Source: a virus (Duplodnaviria > Caudoviricetes). From it: a DNA stretch of 43,035 bases. Location: the IMG/VR virus record IMGVR_UViG_3300033407_000042, positions 1 through 43,035 of that record; one strand, 5' to 3'. Numbering within the stretch: the first letter of the stretch is position 1; every line of letters starts with the position of its first letter. The translations under genes were made by a program, and so were the position numbers. Shown here piece after piece: positions 25,194 through 35,226 of the stretch. The notes beneath the pieces are model-generated. The model searched no databases and was not told the origin of the DNA. It saw only the letters and a list, made by a program, of their open reading frames with translations.

Positions 25194-25707
25194 GCGTTTC
25201 GATGAACGTTGCTGACCAGCACCAGTTCGTGTTTGCGGTCGTGTCGGGGATAATCACCAGACCTTCGCCCGGCCCCATGGTGAACGGATATTCGTCTTCC
25301 ATTGGCGGCATGTTGGCGTCGTAGACTTCCACCGAATTTGCCACAGGCGTGGTGCCGGAGGTCAGGCGATACGTGCGTGTCTGGCTCGACGCAGGAGAAA
25401 CACCATTGCCAGGGAAGTACTTGCTGTTGCGCACGTTCAGGTCAGCGCCGAAACCTGTAATCGTTGCCGTCCGCTTGAGGTTGAACTGAGTGTTGACCGT
25501 GGACCAGACGCCGGACTTCACGAGCGAGAAGGCAACGCCAGAGCCCGGAGGGTTCCAGAGAGTGACGCTCGTAAGATTGCCAGCAGCCTGAGCAACGCAA
25601 GTCGTCTGGTAAAACGACTTGTCGGCAAGCACCGTTGGGATATCGGATGCAAAAACAGAAGACGCGCAGAGAACCAACGCGCAAAGAGCTGCGAGAAGCT
25701 TTTTCAT
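25180..25707 (-). CDS. Exported beta-rich protein
   Basis: Sec signal MKKLLAALCALVLCASSVFA. Confidence 0.8.
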   Translation of the reverse strand: MKKLLAALCALVLCASSVFASDIPTVLADKSFYQTTCVAQAAGNLTSVTLWNPPGSGVAFSLVKSGVWSTVNTQFNLKRTATITGFGADLNVRNSKYFPGNGVSPASSQTRTYRLTSGTTPVANSVEVYDANMPPMEDEYPFTMGPGEGLVIIPDTTANTNWCWSATFIETPIPE

Positions 25708-25743
25708 GGATTTTTCCTATGTGTTTGGGAGGGGCAGTCTTGA

Positions 25744-27021
25744 TTAGAGGCGGGGGTCTATCCAGCCTCTGGTCGTAATGGTCAGGGCAACGGAAGCATC
25801 GCTAGTCGCAAGACGACTGCGAATTTGTGCGGAAGTGTTTGTAGGGACCTGAAATGCGCCAGCCTGACGATTGCTAGACGCGGAGGACGTGAAGCTGACC
25901 TGAGCATTCGAGGTACTTGGCGTTTGGTCTCCAAGATCAAGAGACGTCAGAAGGGCAGCATAGGACGTGCCGTTATTCGGCCCAAATAAGGTGAGTGAGC
26001 CAAACGAAATTACCTTGACCCCAACGGGTGCCGTTATAGCGCGAGTGACGGCACTCGTTCCGGGATTTGTGGCAGAGATATCGTTGACGGCGTTGATCGT
26101 GAATATGTTCCCAAGTTGGATAAACGGGACCAAGGCCCCACTCTTCCGGATGACCGACCCGATACACGCCTTCCGGTCATAGTCGGCTGGCATCGTCGGG
26201 CTGGTGGCGGAAGCTGAAAACAGAGCATCGACAACGCCGGTATCGGAACGCTGGATGAGCCAGACATGGTAAGTCGTGTCTGCGATTGAACCAGTATCGA
26301 GGCCCCCCTGGTTCGTTCCAACGGCCCATGCCGCATCAAGGCGCTTGGTGAGGGCTGAGGCGAGGACCATAAGCACCGGGTTTGTTTCCGCTGATGCGGC
26401 CTCCCCTGCTGCGATATCAATATCGTTCGTCGCATCCGTCACGTTGTTGGATAGCGTCAGGCCGTTGATATGTCCCGCAAGTGTCGTCTGGATCAATGGG
26501 ATACCAGACGCTCTAGTGTAAACCGTGCAGCGCCAATCCCCGGTAGCATATTCGACAAATTCTGCTTCATCACCAGCTGCCGTAGTGATGTTTGCGCCGC
26601 CGGGAAGAATAAGGTCTGTTGCGTGATGAGCGAGCGTCAGGGCTGCGTCGAAATGCAACTTAATGACGGTCCCTGCGCCCTTTGTCGTAATGGACGTGAT
26701 TGCCGTAGTGCCGGTGATATCGAAGTAATTCCCGTCATCACCGAGCGTCAACGCCGCCGCACTGGCCACGTCTGCACCCTTCGCCCACTTCTGCGTTGCG
26801 GTGAAGGTATTGACCGTTGCTGTTCCCGGAACAGCAAGTGCCGTCCGCGCCGCGCTGACAGACGTTGCCCCTGTGCCACCTGCCGTGATAGGACGTGCGG
26901 CGTTCAGGTCGGAGATAATGTCGTCAGCCAGGGAGTTCACCTTGGCTGATTCAATTGTTGTGTTTGGCACAAATGTCGTGCCCGCTGGCTTGGACATCAC
27001 CCCGGAACCATTTCTAGGCAT
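25744..27021 (-). CDS. Tail fibre / receptor-binding protein
   Basis: MPRNGSG anchor N-terminus, GGTGAT...AR..L motif, Ala/Thr/Gly-rich; after the ejection genes. Confidence 0.85.
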   Translation of the reverse strand: MPRNGSGVMSKPAGTTFVPNTTIESAKVNSLADDIISDLNAARPITAGGTGATSVSAARTALAVPGTATVNTFTATQKWAKGADVASAAALTLGDDGNYFDITGTTAITSITTKGAGTVIKLHFDAALTLAHHATDLILPGGANITTAAGDEAEFVEYATGDWRCTVYTRASGIPLIQTTLAGHINGLTLSNNVTDATNDIDIAAGEAASAETNPVLMVLASALTKRLDAAWAVGTNQGGLDTGSIADTTYHVWLIQRSDTGVVDALFSASATSPTMPADYDRKACIGSVIRKSGALVPFIQLGNIFTINAVNDISATNPGTSAVTRAITAPVGVKVISFGSLTLFGPNNGTSYAALLTSLDLGDQTPSTSNAQVSFTSSASSNRQAGAFQVPTNTSAQIRSRLATSDASVALTITTRGWIDPRL

Positions 27022-27031
27022 CGCTTATTCC

Positions 27032-27060
27032 TTTACGTCACAAGCATTCAGCGCTAGGAT
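27032..27060 (+). promoter_or_regulatory. Moron promoter
   Basis: TTTACG-N17-TAGGAT. Confidence 0.6.
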
Positions 27061-27082
27061 TCCGCGCCGAATGGAGAGATTG

Positions 27083-27367
27083 ATGAGAATTTTGATTGTT
27101 GTGGTTGCGGTCGCAGCACTTGCCGCTTGCCAGTCAAAGGAAGTGGCCGAGATGAGCTATTCAGAGGTCAAGGACCTCGTTGCAAAGAAGGGTCAGGAAT
27201 GCATGGCGCAAGGCGTTAAGCCCCACACACCCGAAATGCAGACCTGCGTTAATCACGAGATGAATGCCGAACAGACGCGGCGGAAGAACATGAATGTGAG
27301 GCTTCAGGCGGCTGCGAACAGCTCGACCTATTGCCAGAGCTTCGGCAACACGATGCAGTGCTTCTGA
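27083..27367 (+). CDS. Lipoprotein (antisense moron)
   Basis: Lipobox LAAC after MRILIVVVAVAA; four further Cys; GGAGAG SD. Confidence 0.8.
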   Translation: MRILIVVVAVAALAACQSKEVAEMSYSEVKDLVAKKGQECMAQGVKPHTPEMQTCVNHEMNAEQTRRKNMNVRLQAAANSSTYCQSFGNTMQCF

Positions 27368-27540
27368 TGAAAACAATCGATCACGACCCGAACGAGGGTA
27401 AGCCAGTGGAATTCCCTGACGCTGCATGGCGGGATTTCAAGGAGAAGCAGCTAGGCCGCCCGGCTCATTGGACGGACGCCATGCCTATCGTTATCATCGT
27501 GGCGGTTCTGTACTTTATGCGGGTTGGCTGGCCGTTTTAA
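27367..27540 (+). CDS. 57-aa protein with C-terminal TM helix (moron gene 2)
   Basis: TGATG coupling; MKTIDHDPNE...IVIIVAVLYFMRVGW. Confidence 0.7.
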   Translation: MKTIDHDPNEGKPVEFPDAAWRDFKEKQLGRPAHWTDAMPIVIIVAVLYFMRVGWPF

Positions 27541-29456
27541 CGAACGGACTCTGCGACCGAGCCGCCGATAAGCGCCCGTGCGATTGCCCGCCGAAGCTTC
27601 TCCGATGAATCCCCACGTTTTACCGCCCTCAGAAGGGTTTCGTTTGCCCGTGTTGGTGCAGTCTCCATGAGAGCCTTTGCGATGAGATCACGGGTCTGCG
27701 TATTGCGGCCTTGAAGCGCATTCGAGCTTGCAGTGAGCGCCTGAAGTGCCGCCGTCTTGAGATTGCCGGTCAAGGCATTCCCGATGACACTTGGATCAAA
27801 CCCGCCCATATCAGCCGAATCCGCGAGGTTATCGGCAGTCTTTGAGCCTCCAAGTGCGGTGTTCGCTGTTTCGAACATACGCTGTTCGCGGCCGATACGG
27901 TCCATCAACTGACCAGACTTACCCGGAGCCGCGAATGCGGGGAATTCCTGAGCCGTCTTGCCGGTCTGAAGCATCCTCGCTTTGTTGGTCGTGGGAGAAA
28001 CGGACGCAGCCTCAACACGACCGATGAAGGGGTCTGAATAGCCAGTGCGGAACGCCTGCTGTTCATCGACCTCAAGGCCACGAAAAGCCGGAATAGTGTC
28101 GTCGGCGCGCATTCTTGCGGAGGCGGCGTCTGCCCCGGTATCGACCGCCTCGATAACCTTGCTCTGTTGGCGGAAGGTGTCACGTGCTCCGGCGTAGTCG
28201 TCCGAGGCGGCGGACAGACTGTCATCAAGAGCGTTTCGTATCGGAATGAGCTTCTGCTGAACAATCGGCTTCGCGCCGTCGATCATATTATCCAGTTCGA
28301 TTTTTGTCCTGAACGCAGTGTCGAAGTCACTCACGATGTTATCGCCGTCCGTCAGCATTCCCCTCGCACGGCGCACAGTGGCCTCAACGCTGTCATCGGC
28401 AATATTGGTGCGGGAAATGCTCCCGCCAGTGCCTAGGAAGTCATCAGCGGCCTTAATTGCGCCTGTAGGGTCCACTGTTCCAGCAGAACCACGCGCCGCA
28501 CCATAGTTCCTCGCTGCATCCGCAGTCCGTGCTTTGGTAAGCGCTTTGGCGGTTTGTGCTGCGGTCCGGGGGGAATCAAAACCCTCTGACAAGGCATTCA
28601 CAAGGCGCTCACCCTGCCCCGCCTGACGAGCCTGTAGCGTCTCCGAAATCGTCTGCCTCATATCACCGGGGGACCGCGCAACGCCAGAAAGCATACGCTG
28701 ACCAGAATTCCCCATAGCATCTGCCACCATAAATTCAGGCTGCCCGTCATTTGCAGCGCGGGCGAGGTCATCGGTGATATCCTGCGCGGACCTTCCGGAC
28801 CGCTCCAAAGCCGCCGCAATCCCCTTGTCTGCACGGCTCTTGTTGCCAATACCGGCAAGACCGGCCGCGCTGTTCAGGACCGCGCCACCAGCGGCGAGAA
28901 CAGGACGGGCAACGAGACCGACGCCTCCGCCAATAGCGGCATTCTTCAGAATATCCTCATCGTAGCCGTAGCCGGAAACAGCGCCGAAACCGGCACCGCC
29001 GAGCGCATCCGTAATCGTCTTGCCGACAATGCCGCCCTGCATTTTTGCCGCGATATGGGGTGCAATCTTCGAAGCTACGCCGCCCACTGCGTCCATGAGC
29101 TTGCTCGCACCAATCACGCCGCCGCCAATGTTTGAGGTGGCCGACATGACGGGGCTTTCCTCATTGTATCGGTCGCGGGCAGCTTTTACAGATCCATGAA
29201 TATCTTCATATTCCTCACCAAATGTCTTGTCTGTGAAAGGTGCCCGAATAGCGGCATTCACGGCGGACGATGCCTTACCGGCTAGACCACCAGTCGCGGC
29301 GTCAGCCCAATTCATGCCAAACCCATAAGGCACATCGTAGGCGGGTTCTGAGCCACCCACATGCTTCTTGAGAGCCTCAAGCGCGCCTTCAGGATTTTCG
29401 CCTGAAACCTTGTACTTTTTTCCGTCAGGGCCGGTGATCTGATATGTTGGCATCAA
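27537..29456 (-). CDS. Internal virion / DNA ejection protein
   Basis: Large Ala/Gly-rich helical protein in the P22 gp16-like position. Confidence 0.75.
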   Translation of the reverse strand: MMPTYQITGPDGKKYKVSGENPEGALEALKKHVGGSEPAYDVPYGFGMNWADAATGGLAGKASSAVNAAIRAPFTDKTFGEEYEDIHGSVKAARDRYNEESPVMSATSNIGGGVIGASKLMDAVGGVASKIAPHIAAKMQGGIVGKTITDALGGAGFGAVSGYGYDEDILKNAAIGGGVGLVARPVLAAGGAVLNSAAGLAGIGNKSRADKGIAAALERSGRSAQDITDDLARAANDGQPEFMVADAMGNSGQRMLSGVARSPGDMRQTISETLQARQAGQGERLVNALSEGFDSPRTAAQTAKALTKARTADAARNYGAARGSAGTVDPTGAIKAADDFLGTGGSISRTNIADDSVEATVRRARGMLTDGDNIVSDFDTAFRTKIELDNMIDGAKPIVQQKLIPIRNALDDSLSAASDDYAGARDTFRQQSKVIEAVDTGADAASARMRADDTIPAFRGLEVDEQQAFRTGYSDPFIGRVEAASVSPTTNKARMLQTGKTAQEFPAFAAPGKSGQLMDRIGREQRMFETANTALGGSKTADNLADSADMGGFDPSVIGNALTGNLKTAALQALTASSNALQGRNTQTRDLIAKALMETAPTRANETLLRAVKRGDSSEKLRRAIARALIGGSVAESVR

Positions 29457-31468
29457 TCTGCCTCATCCAAAAGCTCGATGGTGTAACCATCCGTTTTTAC
29501 CGGAGCGCGGCTACCCTTCATGCCGCCACCCGAAAGCTCCCTGAGAAATTCACTGGGCTTCGGAAGGGAACCTTCGACGTTCGTTGAGCCGAGCGCCTTT
29601 TCGATGGATCGATTGTACATCTCGCGCATCTGGGCCTTAAACGCGATTGTCGTTGGGGTATCGCCTGGCTGAGCGAAGTAAGCCCGCTTGGTGCGTTCCA
29701 TTTCTTCCGGTGTTGCTGCTGCGCCGGTAGCGATACGCAACGCGCCTTCCGCCCATGCCGTAGCCGCCGCGTCGTACATTTGCCCCTGCTCTGTCTTGAA
29801 GAAGTTCCCGGCAATCGGTGTGCTTCGCGCCGCTGCGTCCTGCATGTTCGCCGGGTTGAACTGGCTTTCGAGATCCAGCAAAACGGGCTGGGATTCGGTC
29901 TGCAAGTTCTGAAACAGCGTGAGTTTCGACTGGGATTCGGTGAGCTTGTTCTTCGGCGTGATGTCCCCACCCCCGCCAGGAGCCTGTATTGGATCCCAGT
30001 TCTGCGTTTGAGAATTCCACTGAACAGCCATTTCCGAGCCATCGGACAGCTTGAGCGTCTGGACTGTCGGAGCCTTCTGCCCCTCGTTCTGAAGCTTCTC
30101 AAGCTGGGCGCGCTTGGTCTCAAGGTCCAGCTTATAGGCTGGGTCCGCCTGCCTCATCTGCTGTTTGCGCTGTTCTTCCTGCTGGCCGAGCTGCTGCTCG
30201 ATCATGGTCTTGAGCACGGCTTTACGGCCATCGCTCAGGAACGGGTTATTCAGGGCTTCCAGAATGCTCGGATCGATGCCAAGCGGTCCTTGCTGCTGCT
30301 GGCCAACGTTCGCGCCCTGTGCCCTCGCCTGTGCGATCTGTGCCGGGTCTGCGGGCTGTCCTTCCATGAGGGCCTGCACGATTGACCCGCGCGGGTTTGC
30401 CATGGCGCTCTGAAGCTGCTGGGAGCCTGCGAACTCGGCCGGGATTCCAGCCTGCGCCTGCTGGGGCTGCTGCATCTGTTGCGCGGGCTGAACGAGAGCA
30501 TTTGCAACGCCGCTCCGGCCCTGTGCGATCTGCTCCGGCGGGATGGTTGCTCCAAACCTGTCGTTGAAAGCCGCGTCCGGCAATGGCTGGCCGGTCTGTG
30601 CCGTGCCGGGGAACTGTGCCGCATATTCCGGTGTCTGCTGGAATGCGGCCACCTCTTCGGTGAGAGAGCCGCCATTCTGTGGCGCTATGGCTTCAATTGC
30701 CTGCGCTCCGGTATCACCCTGCTCAAGAAATTTCGGCAGGAAAGCGTTGGCTGCGGAAAAACGCGCCGCAGCCTCACCGCCGGGCCGGTTCCAGCCTGCA
30801 AACTTCCACGCCTCGTTCATCATCTGCTGCGCCTCTTCCGGCGTCTGTGCGGTGTTGAGGCGGGCAATAAGCTGCGGGTCTTCCTGAAGGAAGAACTTTG
30901 CCTGACCAGCCGGAGACATGTCGCCAGTCGCAGCGAGGGCCTGATAGCGAGGACCGCGCCAGGACATGATGCCTCCTGCCGTGCCAGCCTCTCCGCTCTC
31001 GCTGGGATCAGACCATGTACGGTTGACGTTGCCCGGTGCAAACCGGCTTTCGCGCTGACCCGTCGCGGCGATGGCTGCAAGAGCATTCGGGTTCGTCACG
31101 CCGCCGCTCTTCACAGTATCCATGAAGCTGGAAAATACCTCGTTTTCGCTCATATCGATAGGTGCGGCTGCAACATCACCGGACGGCGTAACCGCTGGCA
31201 TTCCACCACCAGTCGCGCCCGCTGAAGGCTGAGACGCGCCGCCGAGGATACTGGCCCATGCGGAATCAGCGGACGCCATGCCGCTCTTTTCTGCCTTGTC
31301 GGCACGGCTGTTCATCACTGCCGAGACAATACCATCGCCAAGGGATGAAATGCCCTCGCCAACGTTTCGAGGCGCTCTTGAAGCGAGAAGTGCACGGGCA
31401 ATCTCACGCTTGCGCTTGATCGTTTCGGGGGTCTCGTTCGTGTCGCCACCAAACAGGAAACTTGCCAT
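29453..31468 (-). CDS. Ejection protein with lysozyme-like domain
   Basis: AAIAATGQRESRF...GGIMSWRGPR...QAKFFLQE resembles phage tail lysozyme; Gln/Ala-rich linker. Confidence 0.75.
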   Translation of the reverse strand: MASFLFGGDTNETPETIKRKREIARALLASRAPRNVGEGISSLGDGIVSAVMNSRADKAEKSGMASADSAWASILGGASQPSAGATGGGMPAVTPSGDVAAAPIDMSENEVFSSFMDTVKSGGVTNPNALAAIAATGQRESRFAPGNVNRTWSDPSESGEAGTAGGIMSWRGPRYQALAATGDMSPAGQAKFFLQEDPQLIARLNTAQTPEEAQQMMNEAWKFAGWNRPGGEAAARFSAANAFLPKFLEQGDTGAQAIEAIAPQNGGSLTEEVAAFQQTPEYAAQFPGTAQTGQPLPDAAFNDRFGATIPPEQIAQGRSGVANALVQPAQQMQQPQQAQAGIPAEFAGSQQLQSAMANPRGSIVQALMEGQPADPAQIAQARAQGANVGQQQQGPLGIDPSILEALNNPFLSDGRKAVLKTMIEQQLGQQEEQRKQQMRQADPAYKLDLETKRAQLEKLQNEGQKAPTVQTLKLSDGSEMAVQWNSQTQNWDPIQAPGGGGDITPKNKLTESQSKLTLFQNLQTESQPVLLDLESQFNPANMQDAAARSTPIAGNFFKTEQGQMYDAAATAWAEGALRIATGAAATPEEMERTKRAYFAQPGDTPTTIAFKAQMREMYNRSIEKALGSTNVEGSLPKPSEFLRELSGGGMKGSRAPVKTDGYTIELLDEAD

Positions 31469-32493
31469 TATGCAGCCATCCTTTCACCGATGCCGAACAG
31501 CTTCCCATAGTGGACCTGCTTCATGCCGTCTGGGCGCGTAGAGACCGCGTCTGGGCGTGTCTTGGCCACTTCCTGAGCCATGACGCCGACGTGCGGTTTG
31601 CCGTCTCCCATGCCCTTCTTGTAGGTATAGGAATAGAGCTTGTGCCCGGCCATCTCGCCAACCGGCTTGATATCCTTCTTTGCCCGCTTGTCGGACAGGC
31701 CGATAAGCTTGCCGCCAAGACCGAACAGCCCGCCCATGATACCCTGCTGGGCTTGGGACTTCTGATTGTAGATACCGAGCTTCTGATTGTAGTTCTCGTT
31801 GACCAGACCGGCATAATCCACGGTCGGAAGGGTTGGCTGGTTGGTCCCTGCACCGAATTGAGGAACGCCGACCTGTGTGCCGCCCATGAGCCCGATAATC
31901 TCGTTGAGCGGCTGGTTACGTTCCGTCAGTGCCTCTTGGACAGCCTGACTGCGACCGCTCAAGAGCAGCTGGTTGTAGGCGTCGTTCGTGCCCTGATTGA
32001 AATTGTTCATCTCCCGGTCATATGCTGCGGACCCGGCCTTGATGCCCTGGTTAGCCAGCCTTGAGCGCAAATCCTCGTCGCGCTGCGCAATGGCAGGGTC
32101 GAGGCGCTTGCGGCCGAGATCGAACAGCCTGGATTCCGTCGCCTCATTGTCGAGATCGATGGGCTTTGACATATAGTCACCAAGGAACGACGACTGCTGA
32201 TTGGCGAGCTTTCCGAGATTGAGGCTTGCCGCGTCGTTCTGGTCCTTGATCGCCTGCTGCTGCGGTGACAGACTTGTCGTCTGCGTATAGCGCGGGATGT
32301 TATACGTCGAACCGCTCGTCGGATCCTTGATGGTCTTGAAACCGCTCTCGGAATACGTGACTGAACCGTCCGGCCCATACTGGTTGACATTGCCGAGCTG
32401 GGCGTTTGCCAGAGCCGTGGAAATGTTTGTTCCAGTTTGGGCCGATGCGGTTTCTTTCGGATCGGGAGGCGTTGGAGCTTTCGGCTTGCCCAT
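31468..32493 (-). CDS. Ejection/pilot protein with C-terminal peptidase S74-like chaperone domain
   Basis: Gln/Asn-rich body; SDKRAKKDI...YSYTYK...GVMAQEV...VHY. Confidence 0.75.
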   Translation of the reverse strand: MGKPKAPTPPDPKETASAQTGTNISTALANAQLGNVNQYGPDGSVTYSESGFKTIKDPTSGSTYNIPRYTQTTSLSPQQQAIKDQNDAASLNLGKLANQQSSFLGDYMSKPIDLDNEATESRLFDLGRKRLDPAIAQRDEDLRSRLANQGIKAGSAAYDREMNNFNQGTNDAYNQLLLSGRSQAVQEALTERNQPLNEIIGLMGGTQVGVPQFGAGTNQPTLPTVDYAGLVNENYNQKLGIYNQKSQAQQGIMGGLFGLGGKLIGLSDKRAKKDIKPVGEMAGHKLYSYTYKKGMGDGKPHVGVMAQEVAKTRPDAVSTRPDGMKQVHYGKLFGIGERMAA

Positions 32494-32951
32494 CAGCGGA
32501 CCTCATTCTTTCGATTGAATTTGTTCGACGCCCACGCATCGTCGTAGAGGACAAAAACATGTTCATCCTTGTCCCGGCCCCTGAGGCGGGGGAGAACGAA
32601 CCTTTGAAACCCATATGCGCGAAGCATACGATCAAGCGCCCTGTCTTCCGGGTCGCATCTCATGACAACCGCCTGGCAGGCGCATTCCTTGAACGGATAT
32701 GAAAACATCACCCGGAGCGTTTCACGAGTCAGCCAGCGCTTTGACGTGCCAGCCCCGGAAATCTCGATGACGCCGGAGTGGGGCTCGTAATTGTGGTACA
32801 CCATCCCGGCAATCAGGTCCTCGCCCTCAACCACTGCCAGACCACGGCAGTTGCCGAAATCACGCCCTTGACCCGCCCATATGAGATCAGCCACCCACCG
32901 GGATAAAAGCTTTGTCTCACGCCCCGGAGCGGCGAAGGCCCACTTGATCAT
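32493..32951 (-). CDS. GNAT-fold virion assembly protein
   Basis: Position between tail hub and ejection genes; WLTR..L..MF.YPF...GF...LPRLRG. Confidence 0.7.
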   Translation of the reverse strand: MIKWAFAAPGRETKLLSRWVADLIWAGQGRDFGNCRGLAVVEGEDLIAGMVYHNYEPHSGVIEISGAGTSKRWLTRETLRVMFSYPFKECACQAVVMRCDPEDRALDRMLRAYGFQRFVLPRLRGRDKDEHVFVLYDDAWASNKFNRKNEVR

Positions 32952-34534
32952 CAGACCATTGTCCCACCGGTCTCATAGAGCACATCGAAGCAAATTAGTT
33001 CGGTTCGCGGGAACGGCGTGACGCCGCATGTGATCTGGATCTGAGGCGAAATGCTGAACCCGGACTTTCCGACCGATACCCATTTTGTCGACACCGTGCC
33101 AACACCCGCACTATCCCAGAGCGCCACGTCCCATAGGCCGGAATCCCATTCATCCGTGGTGAAGTCATCGACAGACGAAGGTGCCGTTGGAAGCGTGATG
33201 CTATAATTGACGGAAACCGAAATCTTGGCGATGAACGGCACGTTGGACAGAAATACCGAGCGGGCAGAATGAATGATCTTGTTGGCACCGGGGCTTTTCA
33301 GGTGTTCCGGCTGGCCGACATAGGTGCAGACATACGGCACCCCGTCGTCAGACCCACCGACCTCCATCTGATGGATCGTGCCGTCATTGGTGCCGAAATA
33401 GCCGAAATCGGCATAGAGAGCGATGCAGCGCGTGTTCCATCCCGTGTATTTCGCCCACGCGCCGGTTTCGAGATTGGCAACGAAACAATATGGGTCAATG
33501 CCATCATCAACCACCGGGAGGGACACAACCATCATGTTGTTCGTCGGCCACTTGACGATTTCCCAGGGAAGCGTCTTGCGGGCGATAACTTCTTTCTTCC
33601 ACTCCGGCTCGATGTTGCGCGTCACGGCTGAGAGAGACAGTGCCGCAACATCCTTGTTGACAGCTTCCGAAATCGGGACAATGCCGTCCTCTACCGCCAT
33701 CAGGAAATCACCACCGGCCGACATAGTGCCGTTAATTCCAAGGGGCGGCGTGATCTTGTAGACGCCGACTTTTACCCAGTCCGCAGCACTCGCGGGGTTC
33801 GTGCCCTGATAGACTGCCACTTCGCCAGTTGACGAGACGAACACGCATTTGTCATCGAGCCCGTCGCCGCTATCGAGAGACCACTTGCCGCCATAGAGCA
33901 GCGACCCACCTTCCTGAAACACGCCTGCAAGACTGAACGAGTTGACCGTGCCGCCGATGCTGTCCGCAGGCAGATACCATGCGTTCATCGTGTCCTTTTC
34001 GACAAAGAACAATCGGCTGGCGAAGGACCAGACAAAGGAAAGGTCAGCGGATGAAACGCCCGTGATGTCCGGCGTTGTGCCTGAATTGACTGCGGCCCAT
34101 GTCGAGCCATCATAAAGCTGGGCGTCATCCGTGCCATTGACGGCATAGAGAAAATCACCGCCCGCAGTACCGAACTGCGCCGTCGAGTAATATCCGGATG
34201 TCTGCCCCGTGACATCGGCCGTGGGAATGACGTCGGCATCCGCAACGGTTGTGATATTGAAAATGTTTTCCTCGTCGGAGGCGAAGAATTCCTCGGAAGC
34301 TCCGCTCTTGTAAGTGAACATGCGCAGAACCGGGCCGGTCGATATCGTCGCGTATTTCAACGATCCACCACGCAACCGGGCGCTTGTGAGTGTTGGAAAC
34401 CAGTTTTCCAGAACACGAGCGCCACCCGGTTTTGCATTTGCCAGAGCCTCATTGGCGATCCACCCACGCACAGGCGGCTGAAACGTGGCTGGCCGGGAAA
34501 CGTTGCGGGCCGGAGCCGAAACGGGCTTCCTCAC
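32951..34534 (-). CDS. Tail hub/nozzle protein (P22 gp10 / tubular B-like)
   Basis: Beta-rich 527 aa protein after the adaptor. Confidence 0.75.
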   Translation of the reverse strand: MRKPVSAPARNVSRPATFQPPVRGWIANEALANAKPGGARVLENWFPTLTSARLRGGSLKYATISTGPVLRMFTYKSGASEEFFASDEENIFNITTVADADVIPTADVTGQTSGYYSTAQFGTAGGDFLYAVNGTDDAQLYDGSTWAAVNSGTTPDITGVSSADLSFVWSFASRLFFVEKDTMNAWYLPADSIGGTVNSFSLAGVFQEGGSLLYGGKWSLDSGDGLDDKCVFVSSTGEVAVYQGTNPASAADWVKVGVYKITPPLGINGTMSAGGDFLMAVEDGIVPISEAVNKDVAALSLSAVTRNIEPEWKKEVIARKTLPWEIVKWPTNNMMVVSLPVVDDGIDPYCFVANLETGAWAKYTGWNTRCIALYADFGYFGTNDGTIHQMEVGGSDDGVPYVCTYVGQPEHLKSPGANKIIHSARSVFLSNVPFIAKISVSVNYSITLPTAPSSVDDFTTDEWDSGLWDVALWDSAGVGTVSTKWVSVGKSGFSISPQIQITCGVTPFPRTELICFDVLYETGGTMV

Positions 34535-35226
34535 GGCGTGATAACCTGCGGGTAGGCAACGGTTACATCGGACGGCAGGCGGACCTTGCCAATCCGCAGC
34601 ATCCTTGAGCCTTTGTCGCGGGCAACGAGACGTGCCAGAAGCTGTTCGTAGTTCGCCATGTCCTCAGCGTATGGAACCCCCTTATTGGCTCTCCATTGCC
34701 AGATCATGCCGAGCTTCAAAAGTTCCTCATCAAGCCTAAAAACGTCATCGTCGGCAGTGAACGCCGCCTTGTTCGCCCCAGCTGCGGGCGCGACGATGAG
34801 ATTTGACTGGTAGAAATATTTCGCCGTGACATCTGTTGCCAAGGCGGGCTTTACGTGCATCTGCCCGCCGTAGATCGTCCATGCATTGATGACGAAATCG
34901 AAGGTCTGCACGTCCAGTTCAAGCCAGCGGTCTAGATCGGAAATCGGCGTCAGTGCCGTCTCAAGCGACGAGGACCACAACTGCGCCTTTAACAGCATCC
35001 GGTCATAATCGCTGGGAAGGTTGAAATCCTCCGTCGAGCCGTCTCCGGTAATCGTCTCAATGCGGCTGAATACCTGCCACTCATGACCACGGGCAATGCG
35101 TTCAGCAAGGGTATTGGCGACGGCGAACAGCTCGACAAGCTCCCGGTCTGTCGAAGACGCAACAGCGCTTGGAACGTCGATGGCGACGACTTTTGCAACG
35201 TCCTGACAAACCGAGAGGATGGTCAT
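34531..35226 (-). CDS. Head-tail adaptor (P22 gp4 / tubular A-like)
   Basis: MTILSVCQDV...LPSDYDR...LLKLGMIWQW; synteny. Confidence 0.75.
   Translation of the reverse strand: MTILSVCQDVAKVVAIDVPSAVASSTDRELVELFAVANTLAERIARGHEWQVFSRIETITGDGSTEDFNLPSDYDRMLLKAQLWSSSLETALTPISDLDRWLELDVQTFDFVINAWTIYGGQMHVKPALATDVTAKYFYQSNLIVAPAAGANKAAFTADDDVFRLDEELLKLGMIWQWRANKGVPYAEDMANYEQLLARLVARDKGSRMLRIGKVRLPSDVTVAYPQVITP

Noticed and set aside
25744-27021. Diversity-generating retroelement or invertible fibre cassette
   Set aside because: No reverse transcriptase, invertase or duplicated fibre-tip sequence seen
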